DNA of 64,000 nucleotides. Source: Pocillopora damicornis (lineage: Eukaryota). The DNA lies in NCBI RefSeq assembly GCF_003704095.1, contig NW_020845812.1:930001-994000 (forward strand). The letters run 5' to 3'. Shown here one piece after another: positions 35,498 through 49,607 of this stretch. Positions within the stretch are counted from its first letter, which is position 1; each line of letters starts with the position of its first letter. The position numbers were made by a program, and so were the translations under genes. The notes below the pieces were generated by a model that saw only the letters and a list, made by a program, of their open reading frames with translations, did not search any database and was not told where the DNA came from.

Positions 35498-38133
35498 ATG
35501 GAAATTAGAGAAGAACGTCCCTTTTTCATCAGACATTTTACTTCGATTACTCGAATCGTTGGCCTGTTTACCAGCGCAGGCAAGTTAATTTCTTATTTCG
35601 AATAAGCTTCACTGTGTTGCAATTTCAAGGAAAATTCCAAGGAATAGACAAAAATACACATAATCCTGAAGTGTCATTGCAAAATTTACAATACGTGCAC
35701 GTTACGACACGAAAAGGGCTTTCTCCATTAACTTAGGATTCAAGACGAAGCTTGTAAAATTTTATCAATAATTTATCGGATATCACATGTTTTGTGGCTT
35801 GCTTTTATATGTATAGAATGATATGGCATGTTTGAGTTGTATATGTGGCTTTTGAGACAGTAATTTTCTTTACAGAGACCTAATCTGTTATTTCAGTTCA
35901 ATACCTACAGAGAAGATTTCGAGAATTAGAAATATTTTAATAAGTTTAGTGAAGCCACTGTCATCATCATCTGTAAGAGATCCAGACGTCATGGGCTCTT
36001 GAAAACAATCGTTACTCTAATCTTCTTGTTTGAAAGGTGGGGGAAGGATACCATGTAAGAGAATTTCTCATCAAATATTTGAACATTCTTACTTTTTAAA
36101 TATTGTATTTAGCCTTGTGGTGGACAGGTGTATTTCTGGCTGACCGAGATGACAAAAGGGTAGCTGCATACCTTATGTAAGAGTCATACAATTTTTTTAT
36201 TATACAACACACTGGATAATGCCTGCATTTTTATTATTTCTTACTTAATTAATGTTGTTTATTATATTTTGTAAAATTAGATAGACTTTTGCATTTTATA
36301 ATTTTAGAGTAATGTTGTGATTGGTTAATAGTCACCGTTGCACACCGTGTATTGAGTTATTCACCTTGCCTTATAGCTGGCTGTGAAACATACAAATGCA
36401 AATAGAGTTTAAAAATTTCAGGTATTGAGCAAAAAATGAGAGATTTTTTTATCTAAGTTGTATGTATTCTTATTTTTTTCAGGATATGTGGTTTTGCTGT
36501 TACTTTTTTGGAGATAACATTTATTTTGGACAAGTGTGCTTGTTGTGGGTAATGTATCAAAATAAATATTTCATTTTTTTTCTTTATAAATATAACAAAC
36601 ATGACAATTTGTATTCTGTTAGAATTGTGCTGTCAAATCTCTTGAAATAGATACCTCCATCGGACAAAACTTTGTTTAATTTGGATAGCAGAATAGCAAA
36701 TTTTGATTTGAAATGTTATATTAACTCTTTCACTCCCAAGATTTAATTAGTAATTCTCCTTACTATCTGCCATACAATTCTAATGATGTTAGTACAGTAT
36801 TAGTATTGGATTAACTAATAATCCCATAATTGATATTCTTCTCTATTCTCATCACCTGCCTGTTTGATATTGTAAGGAGAAATTCTGTCTTGGTCACTTG
36901 GGGGAATGAAAGGGTTAAATGTAACGTTTCAAATAAAATAAATATTGTATCATAAATGTTATGATACACTATTAATATCAGATTAAGTTAAGATCTGATT
37001 GAATCACTTTATTTCCTCTCTGAAAATTTACAAGCTTTCAAACACTAATTGTATTCAAATTTCCTTAAGAAGGGTTTTATAAATCTCAGAATCATTGTTG
37101 TCATATATCCCCTAACATCCATCAGCTAGACATCTCTTCAGGACAAACGTCTGCGGCTGGTTCAAACAGTGTCTGTCTTAGAGAGAGTTGATTATGACTT
37201 ACTACAGACAACAAGTCTTGATAGAGGTGTTTTCAGTATTAAAGGTGTTGAAAGCAATCTGGAATTGCATTTGTTTCACTCTGTTTAAAGTGAATTTGTG
37301 ATTGGTCTCGAAGGGAGCTCCAATTTTTTCTATGAATCATACAGTCAGGAGTACATGTAAATTGAAGTCATCAGCTCTCTCTTCCTCACATTTTCTCATA
37401 TTATCTTGATCTAACACAAAATTCTTATAACTTATTTACAAGTAAATGTGTTGCAGCTAGAAGGGAGAATTAACAATCAGATCCTGGGAGTCAAAGGGCT
37501 AAAATACTCTCCCTAATGTTTCTGTTCATTTTCAGCCCCTGATCATAGCTTTCTGTTTGGTCTCCAACAGTATTATAAACAGTTATTCTTGTTAACCCTT
37601 TAACTCCCAAGATCTGATTGTTAATTCTCCCCTCTAGCTGCTACATATTTACCAGTAAATAAGTTATGAGAATTTGGTGTTATATCAAGATAACAACTTC
37701 TGCCTCATAAGTTTGAATGTTTTCATTACCTGTTTGCTGGATGATGTAAGGATATTATAAGGAGAAGTTTCATGTTGATCACTTCTGGGAGTAAAAGGGT
37801 TATTATATACCCAGACTTGTAAATTAAGATGCTTTTAAAGTAAAATGGATGAAGTTGTTAACCTCATTTTAATTTTTATGGCTTCTCATTTTTATCAGGG
37901 AAGGAAGTTGTGGCCAGGCTTTGTGGAAGTATGTACTAGCTGTTGATAACTGGAAGAAATCACTAATTTATACTTCATTGTCTGTCATGTGCTACTTGCA
38001 TCCCAAGGAGTTCTGGCAAGCTGTAATTGTTGGGGTTTTACTGGATTTTACAGCATTGCTATATCTCATAAGAACTTTCAGAACCAAAAATGCACTTGAA
38101 CCCTATAGATATAAACAACTAGAAGTTAGATAA
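35498..38133 (+). CDS. TMEM72: TMEM72-like four-TM membrane protein, 148 aa, 4 exons
   Basis: Exons 35498-35579, 36113-36176, 36483-36548 and 37899-38133 splice in phase (447 nt). Intron 1 has the donor CAG|GCAAGT. The product ...ITRIVGLFTSAALWWTG...AAYLMICGFAVTFLE...KKSLIYTSLSVMCYLHPKEFWQAVIVGVLLDFTALLYLI resembles TMEM72 (recalled motif KFLAYLLLSVACFLHP). Confidence 0.82.
36721..36918. mobile_element. TTAA-flanked MITE
   Basis: TTAACTCTTTCACTCCC...GGGAATGAAAGGGTTAA, related to 31002-31217. Confidence 0.7.
37592..37802. mobile_element. TTAA-type MITE (relatives at ~37380-37502, 45675-45810, 58528-58720)
   Basis: TTAACCCTTTAACTCCCAAGATC...GATCACTTCTGGGAGTAAAAGGGTTA. Confidence 0.7.
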
Positions 38134-40866
38134 TAATTATTTGTCTCAAATCAAGCACATTCATTTGAAATGAGGCATCAAAGTTGCATTACATTTAATT
38201 ACATAGTATTTAATACCATTAAGTATCATTGCAAGGCAGTTTGGCCTTGAGGCAAAGACTGCCTTCAACAAATAACACGATCAATGTAATCATGTAACAG
38301 ATGTCTATGAAATGAAGTGTATTTTCATAGGGAATATTATTTATTAAATGCTTTCAATGCTTAAGCTTTGGAGAAATGAAAACTTTCATTGAGCTAATAC
38401 TCTTGACTCAAGAATTATTAGACATTTTAATCCCATTTACCAATGTTACACTTAACATTACACACATAGGCATACAAGATATTCATTTCAAAAAACAAAT
38501 ATCTCATATAATATGTATAATGTATACTTCCAAACAAGATCCTTATATTTCACCCAGATTTTACTTTGCTAAGAAGAAATAGACCTGAAGCACATGAATC
38601 TAAGTAGCTTTGTTTTAGCTAATGTTTTAAATTATAGTATAGAAATAATTAGTACTACTAAAACTCCAATCCTAAAAATTGGGAATTTCATTGCTAAGGA
38701 TTCATTTGATATTTCTTCATTATTGTTCTTTTTCCAATAAACTATCAATGATAGCACCATAGTTGTTTGTTTCTCCTAGAAAGCTAGTATTATTTATGCC
38801 AAACTTGAACCTCACCATATTAATTGATAAAGCCACACTTAATGTATTTAATTATATAAAAAGGAAAAAAAACATACATCAGGACTTTGTATGTCAGAAA
38901 TCATCAATATGCACCTAGAGTTTGGAGTTTAAATTCCTAAAAGAAGGATTTAAACCAGAATCATTTTCACCTTATGAGCTGGTTGGATATAGATAACAGA
39001 TTAAGCAACACACAATCTAGTGTCATTGTGAATTTAAGGGATAAAAAGGAAATTTTTGGAAACTATTAAGACAACTTAGCTTTCAGGATTATTAGCGAGG
39101 AATGATCAATTTCAAGGCTGTCGATTATTTATTATATTTACTCATTAGAGTTAAAATGATTGCCTGTGGTAATGGATTCATTCAAAATATTTACACAATC
39201 CAAATTATTGAATGTATATTTCCCTCTACTCAATGTCAACCATATGCAACTCTTATGTCTTTGAAAATAAAAAGGTCTCATTGCAAGTCAGTATGGAAAA
39301 TGTTTAATTTAACTCTTCAACCAGTAAGAGTGACCAGAATTTAATTTCTCCATAAATTTTCACCCAGAATCACACATTAAGGTCACCAGAAGAAAGAAAA
39401 TGACCACCGACTGAAAAGGCTCTTGATTGTTACACAAATTCTCCTTGTCAGCACCTTAGGAAATAAATAGACAAAAGTATGGAGAATATGCATACTGATG
39501 TTAAGGTGTACAGGCTGGAGAACGTTTGTTTAGGCTGAGTTCTTGTCTCTTTTGGTAGTTGCATCCCCGACCCTCTCAATCCTCTAAAAGAAAAGAAGTA
39601 TTAACCGCGATATCTAACTCGTCACCAGGTGCATGACGACGCCAATTTGATTAATTAATGACAGGTTCACGGTGACGATGTTGGTGGCTTTCAAATGAAA
39701 GACGAAATTATTTTATGTATTGGGTGGTCTACAAATTATCAGGACAAAAAGGAACCACGAGCAAGGAATGATAGCTGAGATGAAGAAGTCTGCCAGCAAA
39801 AGGGAAACCTCTTTAAGTGTCTTGCGCGTAATTGTTAGGAAAGGCGTTTCAGTATCTTGAATAAATGTAGCTTAATTAACAACTAGCGCAGGGGGCAATT
39901 GAAATCGTTGCAAATGTCGTGGATGAGTGACCACAATCACTCCATCGTGAATTCAGCACCGATTTTATGGGAAATGGGCTCAAATAACGCCTTTAAAGTG
40001 TAAAGTGGAAACTCTGGTGAAATAGAAGTGTTGGAAAAAAAAGAACGCAATGCCTAAATGCCCGGCAGCATGGCAGTCGGTCTCAAATAGACTAAATGCT
40101 CTAATTACCATCGAAAGGTTCTTTCAAAATTCCTGGGAATATCCGATGTCTATTTGAAAATGTCAGGCGATTCCACAAATTAACTTGTTTTTTAGTGGAC
40201 AAATTCTTCGAGCTTGAGCACACCGTCGATATGCACCTAGATTTTCGCTTCTGAACAGACTGCCATTTATTCGTTGGGTATTTAGTCTAATTTAGACCGT
40301 TCCTGGCTGCTGGGCATTTCGTCACAGAGAAAAAAGAAACCAAGGAAGAACTTCTTCTTACTATTAGCAAAATTAACGGCTGACACAAGCCTTGTAGAAT
40401 GAAGATTTCAACCTCTTCTGCACTTAAATTGGCCTTAATGATTAAGACTTTACCAATATGACCTTATAATGCCTTTCAAGGGGGAAGAGTGGAAAATGCA
40501 AACTCCAAGCGGAGTGGTTCTTCAAATAAGCCAGGTAGCGTATCAAGGATGTTTGATACTTGGACACAACCTGAGAGAAGGTTATGTCGGCAACCACCGC
40601 CTCTTCCGAGCATATTAAAATAAATCTTTTTTCGATGGATATACGATATATTGCATACCCAACTGCAAGTGAAATAAGTCTACAGAACTATTTTCGTGAC
40701 TGGAAAGAGTTTAAGAACAGGGCGACTCGACTCGATATCACCCTTAATCCCTACTTTGATTGTTCTTGAGAAAATTCGAGATCTCCGCTTAACAGGTATG
40801 ATTTGACTTTGGAAAGTGAGGATTTTGTTAACTAGATCTTCAGAAGTAAAACTATGTTGCATTTCA

Positions 40867-41114
40867 ATAAAGGGGGTAAGTTTCTATAGAAACTGTGGTG
40901 CTGCGTCGATGGGAGAGTATAACAGGGTAATTGAGTGTTATCAACCGAGTTGATAACGTACTGACTAGCTACCGTAAGGAGTTTGAAGGCTGAAGTTTCC
41001 AGCGTTTCGAGCGTCAGCCCTTCGTCTGACAAAGGACTGGTGCTCGAAACGTCAGCCTTTAAACTCTTTATGGTGGCCGGTTTACGTTATCAACTCGGCT
41101 GATAACACTAAATT
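40867..41114. mobile_element. Foldback hammerhead-family retroelement with 16-bp target site duplication
   Basis: Flanked by perfect ACTATGTTGCATTTCA at 40851-40866 and 41115-41130. Internal inverted repeat centred ~41027 with degenerate CTGACGAAGGGCT..GCTCGAAACGTCAGC motifs. Confidence 0.8.
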
Positions 41115-41481
41115 ACTATGTTGCATTTCAGTCGATCATGCTGAACCAGACCCTTGCTTAATGAAGAAGAATGACGGAAACGAGCTCGCGAAAAGTGTTA
41201 GTGATCGCATTCGATTTTCTCCTTGTTCGCCTTGCCTTGAGGCTCGTTCTCACTATTTAAGAATGCCAGAACAGGATCAGATCAAGGTCAGAAGTATACA
41301 CACCAAAATTCCCGTGGCTTGCGTGGAATCCCGCGGGTCAGAGATACTTGCGTTCGAGAAAACTGATGACGTCACTACTAACTGATCCGAAGCCTTGTCT
41401 GATGGTCTATCTTGGTGGCCATGTTGTACGCCATCTTTGCAGAGGCTACTTTCAGGAGAAGATTGTCATGATTCGTTCGAA

Positions 41482-44400
41482 ATGCCGAAGGATAAGCATG
41501 AAAATAATGATGTTCGAAGAAATTATACTTTGATGAGTCCCGAGGATGTAGCTAACGGCAAAAAGTCGAAATGGACAGAACTGGAAATTACGGCTACGAT
41601 TCGTAATTTGAGCCCGTCATTATGGCGGTTGGATTTCTTAACTGCGTTGTTCTTAAACGACAATCATCTCACAAAGATTCCTCCAGAAATCTCCAAGCTT
41701 GCTCAGCTCAAGCACTTGGATTTATCATCGAATAAACTACGAAGTTTGCCCAGCGAACTTGGAGATCTGGTCACATTACGTGAGCTCCTTTTGTGCAACA
41801 ATAGTCTGAGGCTTTTACCTAACGAACTCGGAAAACTTTTCCAGTTACAAACCCTTGGATTGCAAGGAAATCCCTTACCACAGGATGTTTTAACTATAAA
41901 TGAGGAAAAAAATGGAACAGCCAAACTTCTAGGCTTTATGCTGGATAATTTAGCGGGTAAGTAAACTTAGTGTAAACATCTGAAGAAGCGAGAGTTTTTG
42001 TGGTGTCAATTCTATATTTATCACTGTCAGAGTAAGATCTTGACCCAAATAGTCTCGCTTCTTATTTTATTTCAACTTCAACAGTCTTATGTGCTGTTTT
42101 TTCTCAAGGTAAGTTGTCTGTTGGACAGAACTGAATTATTTGCTTGCGAACGGTGTTTTCTTTGTGTGTGGCACGAGGTTCGTTCGCATAATAGCGTTCA
42201 CGAGGCATCGAATTTGCGTTATATTGATCGTTCTTTTCAAAGATTCGGTAGTACTTTCGTGAGCAATATATTTCATATGAAACTCTTAGGCAAATTCTAC
42301 AGTCAACAAACTGAGATCTTAGTCTAATCCTTATGTTAAACATCGTGAGTTTATCGTGATCGAGGTCGTTTGTATTAAGAAAACGAAAGTAGACCCTCTT
42401 GGCTCAACGAACAATAACCGTTTGAAACCGCCATTTTTAGTAGTAGCCCCACTTTCAAGCCACAATGGATTGCTTTGTGATAGCTGTTGAATCAATCTTA
42501 AGCTTAAAAGATGCAATCGGAGGGTTATCTCTTGTCATGTGTATAGTTATTCCTGTGTAATTTATTTTCAAAGACTGCATAAATGATGGAACTTTCGGCA
42601 GTCCGGAAGTAGATTTGTGCAACTTATTTTCTATGTTGGTTAATTTTCTTTTTCATTATCTCCGCTTAATTAATGTCATTTAGGATTTATTCCTGATCAT
42701 GTTGCTGTAAAGGGATATTTTGATTCTCAAGCAGCAAACCTGTATGCAAAATGGGTTTCAAGATTATTTACCTGGGACTGATTTTAATTTGGGCTGAGTG
42801 GGTCTTAGTTTATTTGACAGAAAAGTCACTAGATTTGAAAACAAGCTCTCTATGGAAAGTCCATGTATTGGTTAATGTTTTCATTCTTTAATTTTAGCAA
42901 TTGAATTCAGGGAGTTTGTACTAAAACAGGCTAAAAAAAGAATTCGATGTCATCTTAAAGTTTAATATAATGTCAATTCACATGCATCAAAGTTAGCATC
43001 TTCCTGTAAATTCAAGATGTAGCTTTTCCATTTTGCCCTCCTCTGGTTAGGATTACTTTTTTGGTATATTGCTCTTTGCTTCTTCATTGAATTGAAAGTT
43101 GGCATAGTTTAAGGTACCTTTTAACCCGTAAAATTATTTCCAAACAGTTTGAGAGAGGTTTTTGTGGCAACAGCATTTTCAATGTTGTTTTATGCACTAA
43201 AAAATCAACGGATGCTTCATTGAACCCCTTTGTGGCAGAATTAATTTAAAGGTTTTTTATTTGCCTTAAGTTTTATAGATCAGTTAATTTTGTAGACCAG
43301 TTCAGATGTCCTCTTTTAGTTTCTTTTTTTTTTCTTTTGAAGTACAGTTGCCTATGTTCTCTTTTCAAGTTTGAGTTTGGTAAGCATCACAAGAGATAAT
43401 GAAAATAATGATATCTGTAAGATGTCAGTGCACCAAGTTGTAACCATTTTTGTTACCATGGCAAGTGAAAAATATCTTTGAAAAATCTATTGATGTTTGG
43501 TTGAATTATCAAACGAATAAATGCTAGGAACTCTTGTCTTTCCCTTTTTTGACCTTTCCATTCCACAACTCCCACATACTAGTAAACCTAAAATGATTGT
43601 ATACTGAGTTGAAGCCAAACTGTAATTGTATATCCTTCTGAGGAGCAAAACTTACACCCATTGGGGAAGAGCCTGTTTCTTTGTTGACATGCTTCAAGGA
43701 AAGTGGGTGATTTGCCATGCTGGTCAGCCCTTTGGCAGCAAAATCTAGGCAAAATCAACGTGAAAGGATTTACCATAAATTTATGATAAATTTATTTTGT
43801 TGGAGAGTATGTCTGTGGGACAGTCTTAGAGAGTAAAATCTGAAGATCTTTTTTCCCTTTGGAAAGAACAATTTAGAGCTAGATACGAGTGAAGCTGTCA
43901 AGTGTAAATGATTTTGCAAGTGTTGTGTTCAGAATCTTGTTCCAAAAAGATAAATTAAAGCGATCTTCAAGGCTTTTCTTTAACAGGAATGGCCAAAAAT
44001 TGAATTGCCTTTTTATTTTCAAGAAACATGAGATAAATGAGGGGTAAACTGAGATAATAGGTTTTCAGATCACTCTTGCTAGTCACTGCCAGCTTCTGTC
44101 TCACATTGCGCAAATTTTAAGGCAAAAAGCAAAAGTAGGTGAATGTAGTAGAATCCCACTAACTTAAACTCCCTTTCAAACACGAGCAATTTTTTTGTTT
44201 TCCTTGGGAATTTGAGTTAGCAGGGTTCTACTCTAATACCTAATCAGAGGCTTCTGCAGGGTTGCTAGCAGTCAGAAAAGAGTGTGAAGAAATTAGAAGT
44301 GAGCCTAGGTTTTCTTGTCAATGAAGAGCTGTCAGAGACAGTAAACATGATAAAATTTCAGAGAGTATGAACAAATTTTGTTGGTGAAAAGTATCTTGCA

Positions 44401-47400
44401 ATAACTTTTATCACTTTTTCTAAGAATACCCTCCAAACAGCTTTGATTCCAGATGAACAATGTGGTTTACGAGCCATCAAAGTTATTAGGACTGTGTCCC
44501 TCTTAGCTGAGCAATAGACCAAAATCGTTTTAAACATTATTTGTCACCTGACCTCAGCAACTTTGTATGAAATTGTTTCCACCACCAGACATCACAGTAT
44601 CTTCTTTCTCATTCTTTTGCTTGTAATTACTCAAGTATCTATTGGCGAGTGAGTAGACATACCAATTTGGCTCATGAAATTATAAAATATTGCAGGCGCA
44701 AGTCCTATCTAATTCCCAAGGGGCTGCTTTGGTAGAAATCCTTATGTATGCACAGCTGTGCTTTCATAAAATGATGTGTGCAGATGGAAACTTGCACTTC
44801 AGTTGCAAGTTTCCATGGAGTTTAGCTGGGGGGTTTTAAAATTTTCAAGACTGTTTTTTTTACATCCTGATAAAATAGACCTTTTGGAGCTCAAAATGAA
44901 AAGTAAATCATTATGTCAATACATATACTTATAATGCTTCATTCCTGAATGTGATGCAAATTATGGCTGGAAAGAACAAAGTGATCCTCCTGACCTCAAG
45001 TGAGGCTTTGTGACATAGGGGACACTCCTCTAGAACAGTAAATTGATATTTTGTGTCCCAAAAGTGTTGTTCAATGAAGGATTTTGGGTTTAATTGTAAA
45101 TGCAAGAAATAGGTTCAACTATAGCTTCTTATTAGCAAGTTTACAATTCTTTGAATAAAGCTTTGGTCTCACATATTTCTTGGTTGTTTTTACCTTGTCT
45201 TTTATTCATAGTTAGATCGAGATCACTCTGGTAAACTTAATGCAATAATAATTGAAATCGTTCTTCAAACACAAGTAGTTTCTGCTATCATATATTATAA
45301 AAGAAATTGGTTCATGCTTTTAGCTGAAGGTATATCAAGTTATGGATGCACCTGGGAAGTTTGGATAGCACTCAAGAAGCTAGTGTTGCTCTCTGTTGTA
45401 CCTTGAGCAACTCTTATGCATCTCCTGCATGCATCCATAGCTCAATATACACATGCTAAACATGAACCAATTCTTAAGTGTTGCAGGGGAACTGTTTGGC
45501 TCTTTACAACTCATGTAAGGCAACATGAAGTATCCTTCCATAGATGTGTTAAATTATTTTGGTGACCAAATTTTTTTTTATCAGTGAAGAGTATTTTACA
45601 GCTGTAGATTGCCAAAAGACAACTTTTTGAAAAAGGGAACATGGAGCCCTGCTGGTACATGATAATACTTTTAATTTGTTAACTCCCAAGCTCTGAAAGC
45701 TAATTCTCCCCTTTAGCTGCTACACATTTCCTTGTAGATTGGTAACAAGAATTTTATGTTAGATCAAGATAACAACCTCTTATTGATCAGTTTGAGTTTT
45801 CCCATTACATTATTTTTTTCTTTTTTTTTTTTGGGTAATATATGGATAGTATGTTGTTAGCAAGCTTTTGACATCCTTTGAATTTTGTTTTAGTTTGTCC
45901 TCGACCACCAGACAGGCAGTGGATTTCACTACAACCAGACAGGCCTAGGAATCCTGCATGTAAGTTGTTTTCTTGTTTACCAAGATGCTACTTAAACAAA
46001 TGGATAGTCAGTTTGTTTTTTGAGAGGAAGGAAATCCATGCAGTTACACTTCAGTCTGGTATAATTTATGCTTTTAAAATATGCTGCTGAATAAGCAAGG
46101 TTTTCAAACTGATACATTGTTTACTCAATTTGTCATGGGGTCTCACAAAAACAAATTGTGCACACATTATGTCATCATGATATACATGTAATATGTACTT
46201 ACTAATATGAGTCTAAATTTTTCCAGGCCTTGACTCCTTCTACATTGTTTTTTTTGTAAATTCAACATTGTAACTTTATATCACGTTAACCTTGTCTTGT
46301 TCTACCATGATGATCTTACAATAACTGTTGGCTTTCTTTGTTTTCAGTGACCTTCAGTGTCATGTGCTATAATGTCCTTTGTGACAAGTATTGTACACGG
46401 CAGATATATGGCTATTGTCCATCTTGGGCCCTTGACTGGGAGTACAGGAAAACAGCAATTCTGAAAGAGATTCTTCATTATGGTGCTGATATCCTAAGCT
46501 TACAGGTATGGTACCATATCTTGTTCAATTAAAACCAAGTACACCATACAGAATGTCAGGTTTCCAAACTCAATTTAGCTGAAAGACTCTTGTAATGGTG
46601 ACTTTGATTTCATTAATTAGCCACCTGAAAAAAAAAATTTTTATCATTAGAAAAGAAAAGGAAAGGGAATTTTTATAAAAGATAATTACATGGCTGGCAG
46701 TGCTTGTAAGCAACATGAAGGGAATCCTGTGTTCTGATTGGCTACCCTAGCAGGCAAGATGGGCCTTTCTTGCCTGCTTGGGATTTCCTGCTTTTATTCT
46801 GCCTAAGATAAAGATTGTGTGAAGGGAATGTATAGTTTGTAATGTTTGTAATGTATAGTTTATAGTAAGGTATAAAGACAGGTGAAACAAAGAAAACATA
46901 AATGATATTTGGGGTTTATTGTGCTACAAATGCAGTTGGCTTTCTTTCCTGGCTCTCAAGATAAACAAGTCATTCTTGATTATTAGTAATGCAAAATATT
47001 TTTGCTATTTAATAAATATAATAAATCTTTTATTGACCAAGCTTGTGTGGTTAAGATGGTTGGATATTAGCCCTTCTGTTGATTGTGCAAGATAGGTAAA
47101 AACATGATTCTTATTAATTATTAACAGGATGTTTGAAATTCAACACCAACCTTGATAACTGAACTTGGATTGTTTTGTTTCCCTCAGTAGTTTAAGTTAG
47201 CAAGGTTTTACTGTATGCATTTCTACCATATTTGGGCTCAAACACATGACTTTACTTCATTCACTTCAAAGGCAGTCACTTAAAACATGTAGAGAACGTT
47301 TTGTTAATTAGATAGGAATAGAAAACAACAGAGTTTTCTTTTGATCCCTCTCGCAGGAAATTGAGACAGAGCAGTTCTATAACTTTTTCCTTCCTGAGCT

Positions 47401-49607
47401 TCAACAGCATGGCTATAATGGAATTTTTAGTCCCAAGTCCAGAGCAAGAACAATGACAGAAGAAGATAGAAAATATGTGGATGGCTGTGCCATATTTTTT
47501 AGGACCTCCAAGTAAGTCATCTGATGGTAACTTTGATAAGAATACTGCTAAGTAAAGGGAATATGCAGGGTTTTAAAGTACATGTAATTTTTTTGGTGCA
47601 TTACCCAAGTTGTGGGAGTGGAATTTTTTTGCTACTAACACTACAACACTGAAAAGAACAACAGCAAATTCCTACATTGGGTCATTTTCCCTTCCTATTT
47701 TGCTTTAAGAGTTTCTGGTATGTTTAACCTAGTGTCTATCTTAAAGTCCTTAGGGTGTCCTTAAACTGAACCCACATCCATAGTGAAGATTTGTTTTGAG
47801 ATAGTTATACAGTGTACTGTTTTTGACCCAAGCCTCAAACTTTATTTCTTTGATGCCTAAGGTTTGCACTGCACATCTCATCAAAGTTGAAAACTTTTGA
47901 TTCCTTAAGGCTGGATGAATTACTGGGAAACCTCCTGCAATAAAGTGGTCTTCTATTAAAGACAACCAGGAATTCTCCAAATTAGCTTGTTAAGGGTAGT
48001 AGGCTCTTCTGATACCTTATGAGAAAGCAAACTCCTTCTCTGATTACATAAATTTATCATTTCAGATTTAGCCTTGTCAAAGAGTACTTGATTGAATTCA
48101 ATCAGTTGGCAATGCAAAATGCTACAGAAGCAGAAGATATGCTGAATAGAGTGATGACAAAAGACAACATTGGAATCACAGCATTACTTGAGCTCAAGGA
48201 GGGCTACCTTAATTATGGTAATGATGTGAACATGCCGCGGCAGCAGGTGCTTGTGTCCAATGTGCATATTCATTGGGATCCAGAGTTCAAGGATGTGAAG
48301 TTAATTCAATCAGTCATGTTGATGCATGAGTTAATGACCATCATGCAGGAGATTAACCCTGGCTTTATGGTACAGGGAGGTAGGTTGAATATATTTTGTC
48401 TGGTAAAATTTCCCTGAATGATTATTATGAACCTAATAAAAATAAAGGCAGAGGTGCTGCGAGAATGAACAATGGAACTTGAAGTAAAGTTGCCTGGTGT
48501 GTTTGAGGTTGCTCTCACAGAGTCTTTCTCCACCCAGGAGTAGTTATGGGTGTTGCCTATTTTTAATTAGAAACTATACAAAATTATGGGGACAAGTTAC
48601 CCAACAATGGACTGGTGTCCCATCAAGAAGGATTAGGAATATTCTGTGTCATTTCCCAGGTTCTGATAGCCAGATATAATCTTTGGCATGATGTTGTTTG
48701 GGGCCAGTTTATTATCTGGCAAACAGTAGATGAGAACAGAAACTGATCAGCTGATTTTCCCAAATTACCTGAAGTATTTCATGTACTGTACTGTTGAATG
48801 AAATGGACAGCAGTTACATGTTGAATGGACAATGAAGAATTTTCATTTGAGGTGTCAAGGTGACCAGTCAGGAGCTGAGGCTGTTTTTTTTTGGTTTCAC
48901 TTTACTGCTGTGATGATATTCAGTCAGGTTTTTACACTAAAGAGTCAAAACAGTCAGTACTACAGATGATGTTCCTTTTCTTGAGGCTGCCCCCTTGTCG
49001 AGACTATGTTGTCTCCAGGGAACTGCATAACTCCTTCATTACAAGTATAATGCTACGCAACGTGCACTACTTATGCCTAAAGGTTCGTCGTTTTTATCTC
49101 CTCACAATAGGTAAAAATGGCACTGCACCAAGTAAGTCAATCCCATTAGTGTGCTGCGGTGATCTTAACTCACTCCCTGAATCAGGGGTAGTTGAGTTCC
49201 TGGACAATGGGAGAGTCCGGATTGACCATGGTGACTTCTTGGACATGAAATATGATGGATTTCTATCACGCCTCAGCAATGGCAAAAACGGAGAAAAGTG
49301 TGGAGACCTTACCCACTGCTTCAAGCTCCAACGGGCCTACTCTGAAGACCAGATGTCTTACAGCAACCTTACGTATTCATTCACAGGTGTGATTGATTAT
49401 ATCCATTACACATCTGACCTTCTCGTTCCACTTGGCGTACTCGGCTCTGTCAGTCAGGATTACATCAAAGGGAACAAAATCATCGGATGGCCACACCCAC
49501 ATTTCCCGTCAGACCACCAGTCACTGCTCGTGGAATTCGAGGCTTTAAGCTTCAGCAATGGGGTACCTGTTTATGGGTACATTCCAAGCTCTCACCATCC
49601 CAGGTAG
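41482..49607 (+). CDS. CNOT6: CCR4-NOT deadenylase subunit 6/6-like (LRR plus EEP nuclease), 554 aa, 6 exons
   Basis: Exons 41482-41956, 45894-45959, 46348-46505, 47357-47511, 48066-48379 and 49111-49607, all GT-AG and in phase (1665 nt). MPKDK start, LRRs, and motifs CYNVLCDKY, SLQE, DGCAIFF, HIHWDP, GDLNS, IDYI, PSDH. Confidence 0.96.
45296..45477. mobile_element. Intronic MITE
   Basis: Inverted ends AAGAAATTGGTTCATGCTTTTAGC and GCTAAACATGAACCAATTCTT. Confidence 0.6.
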
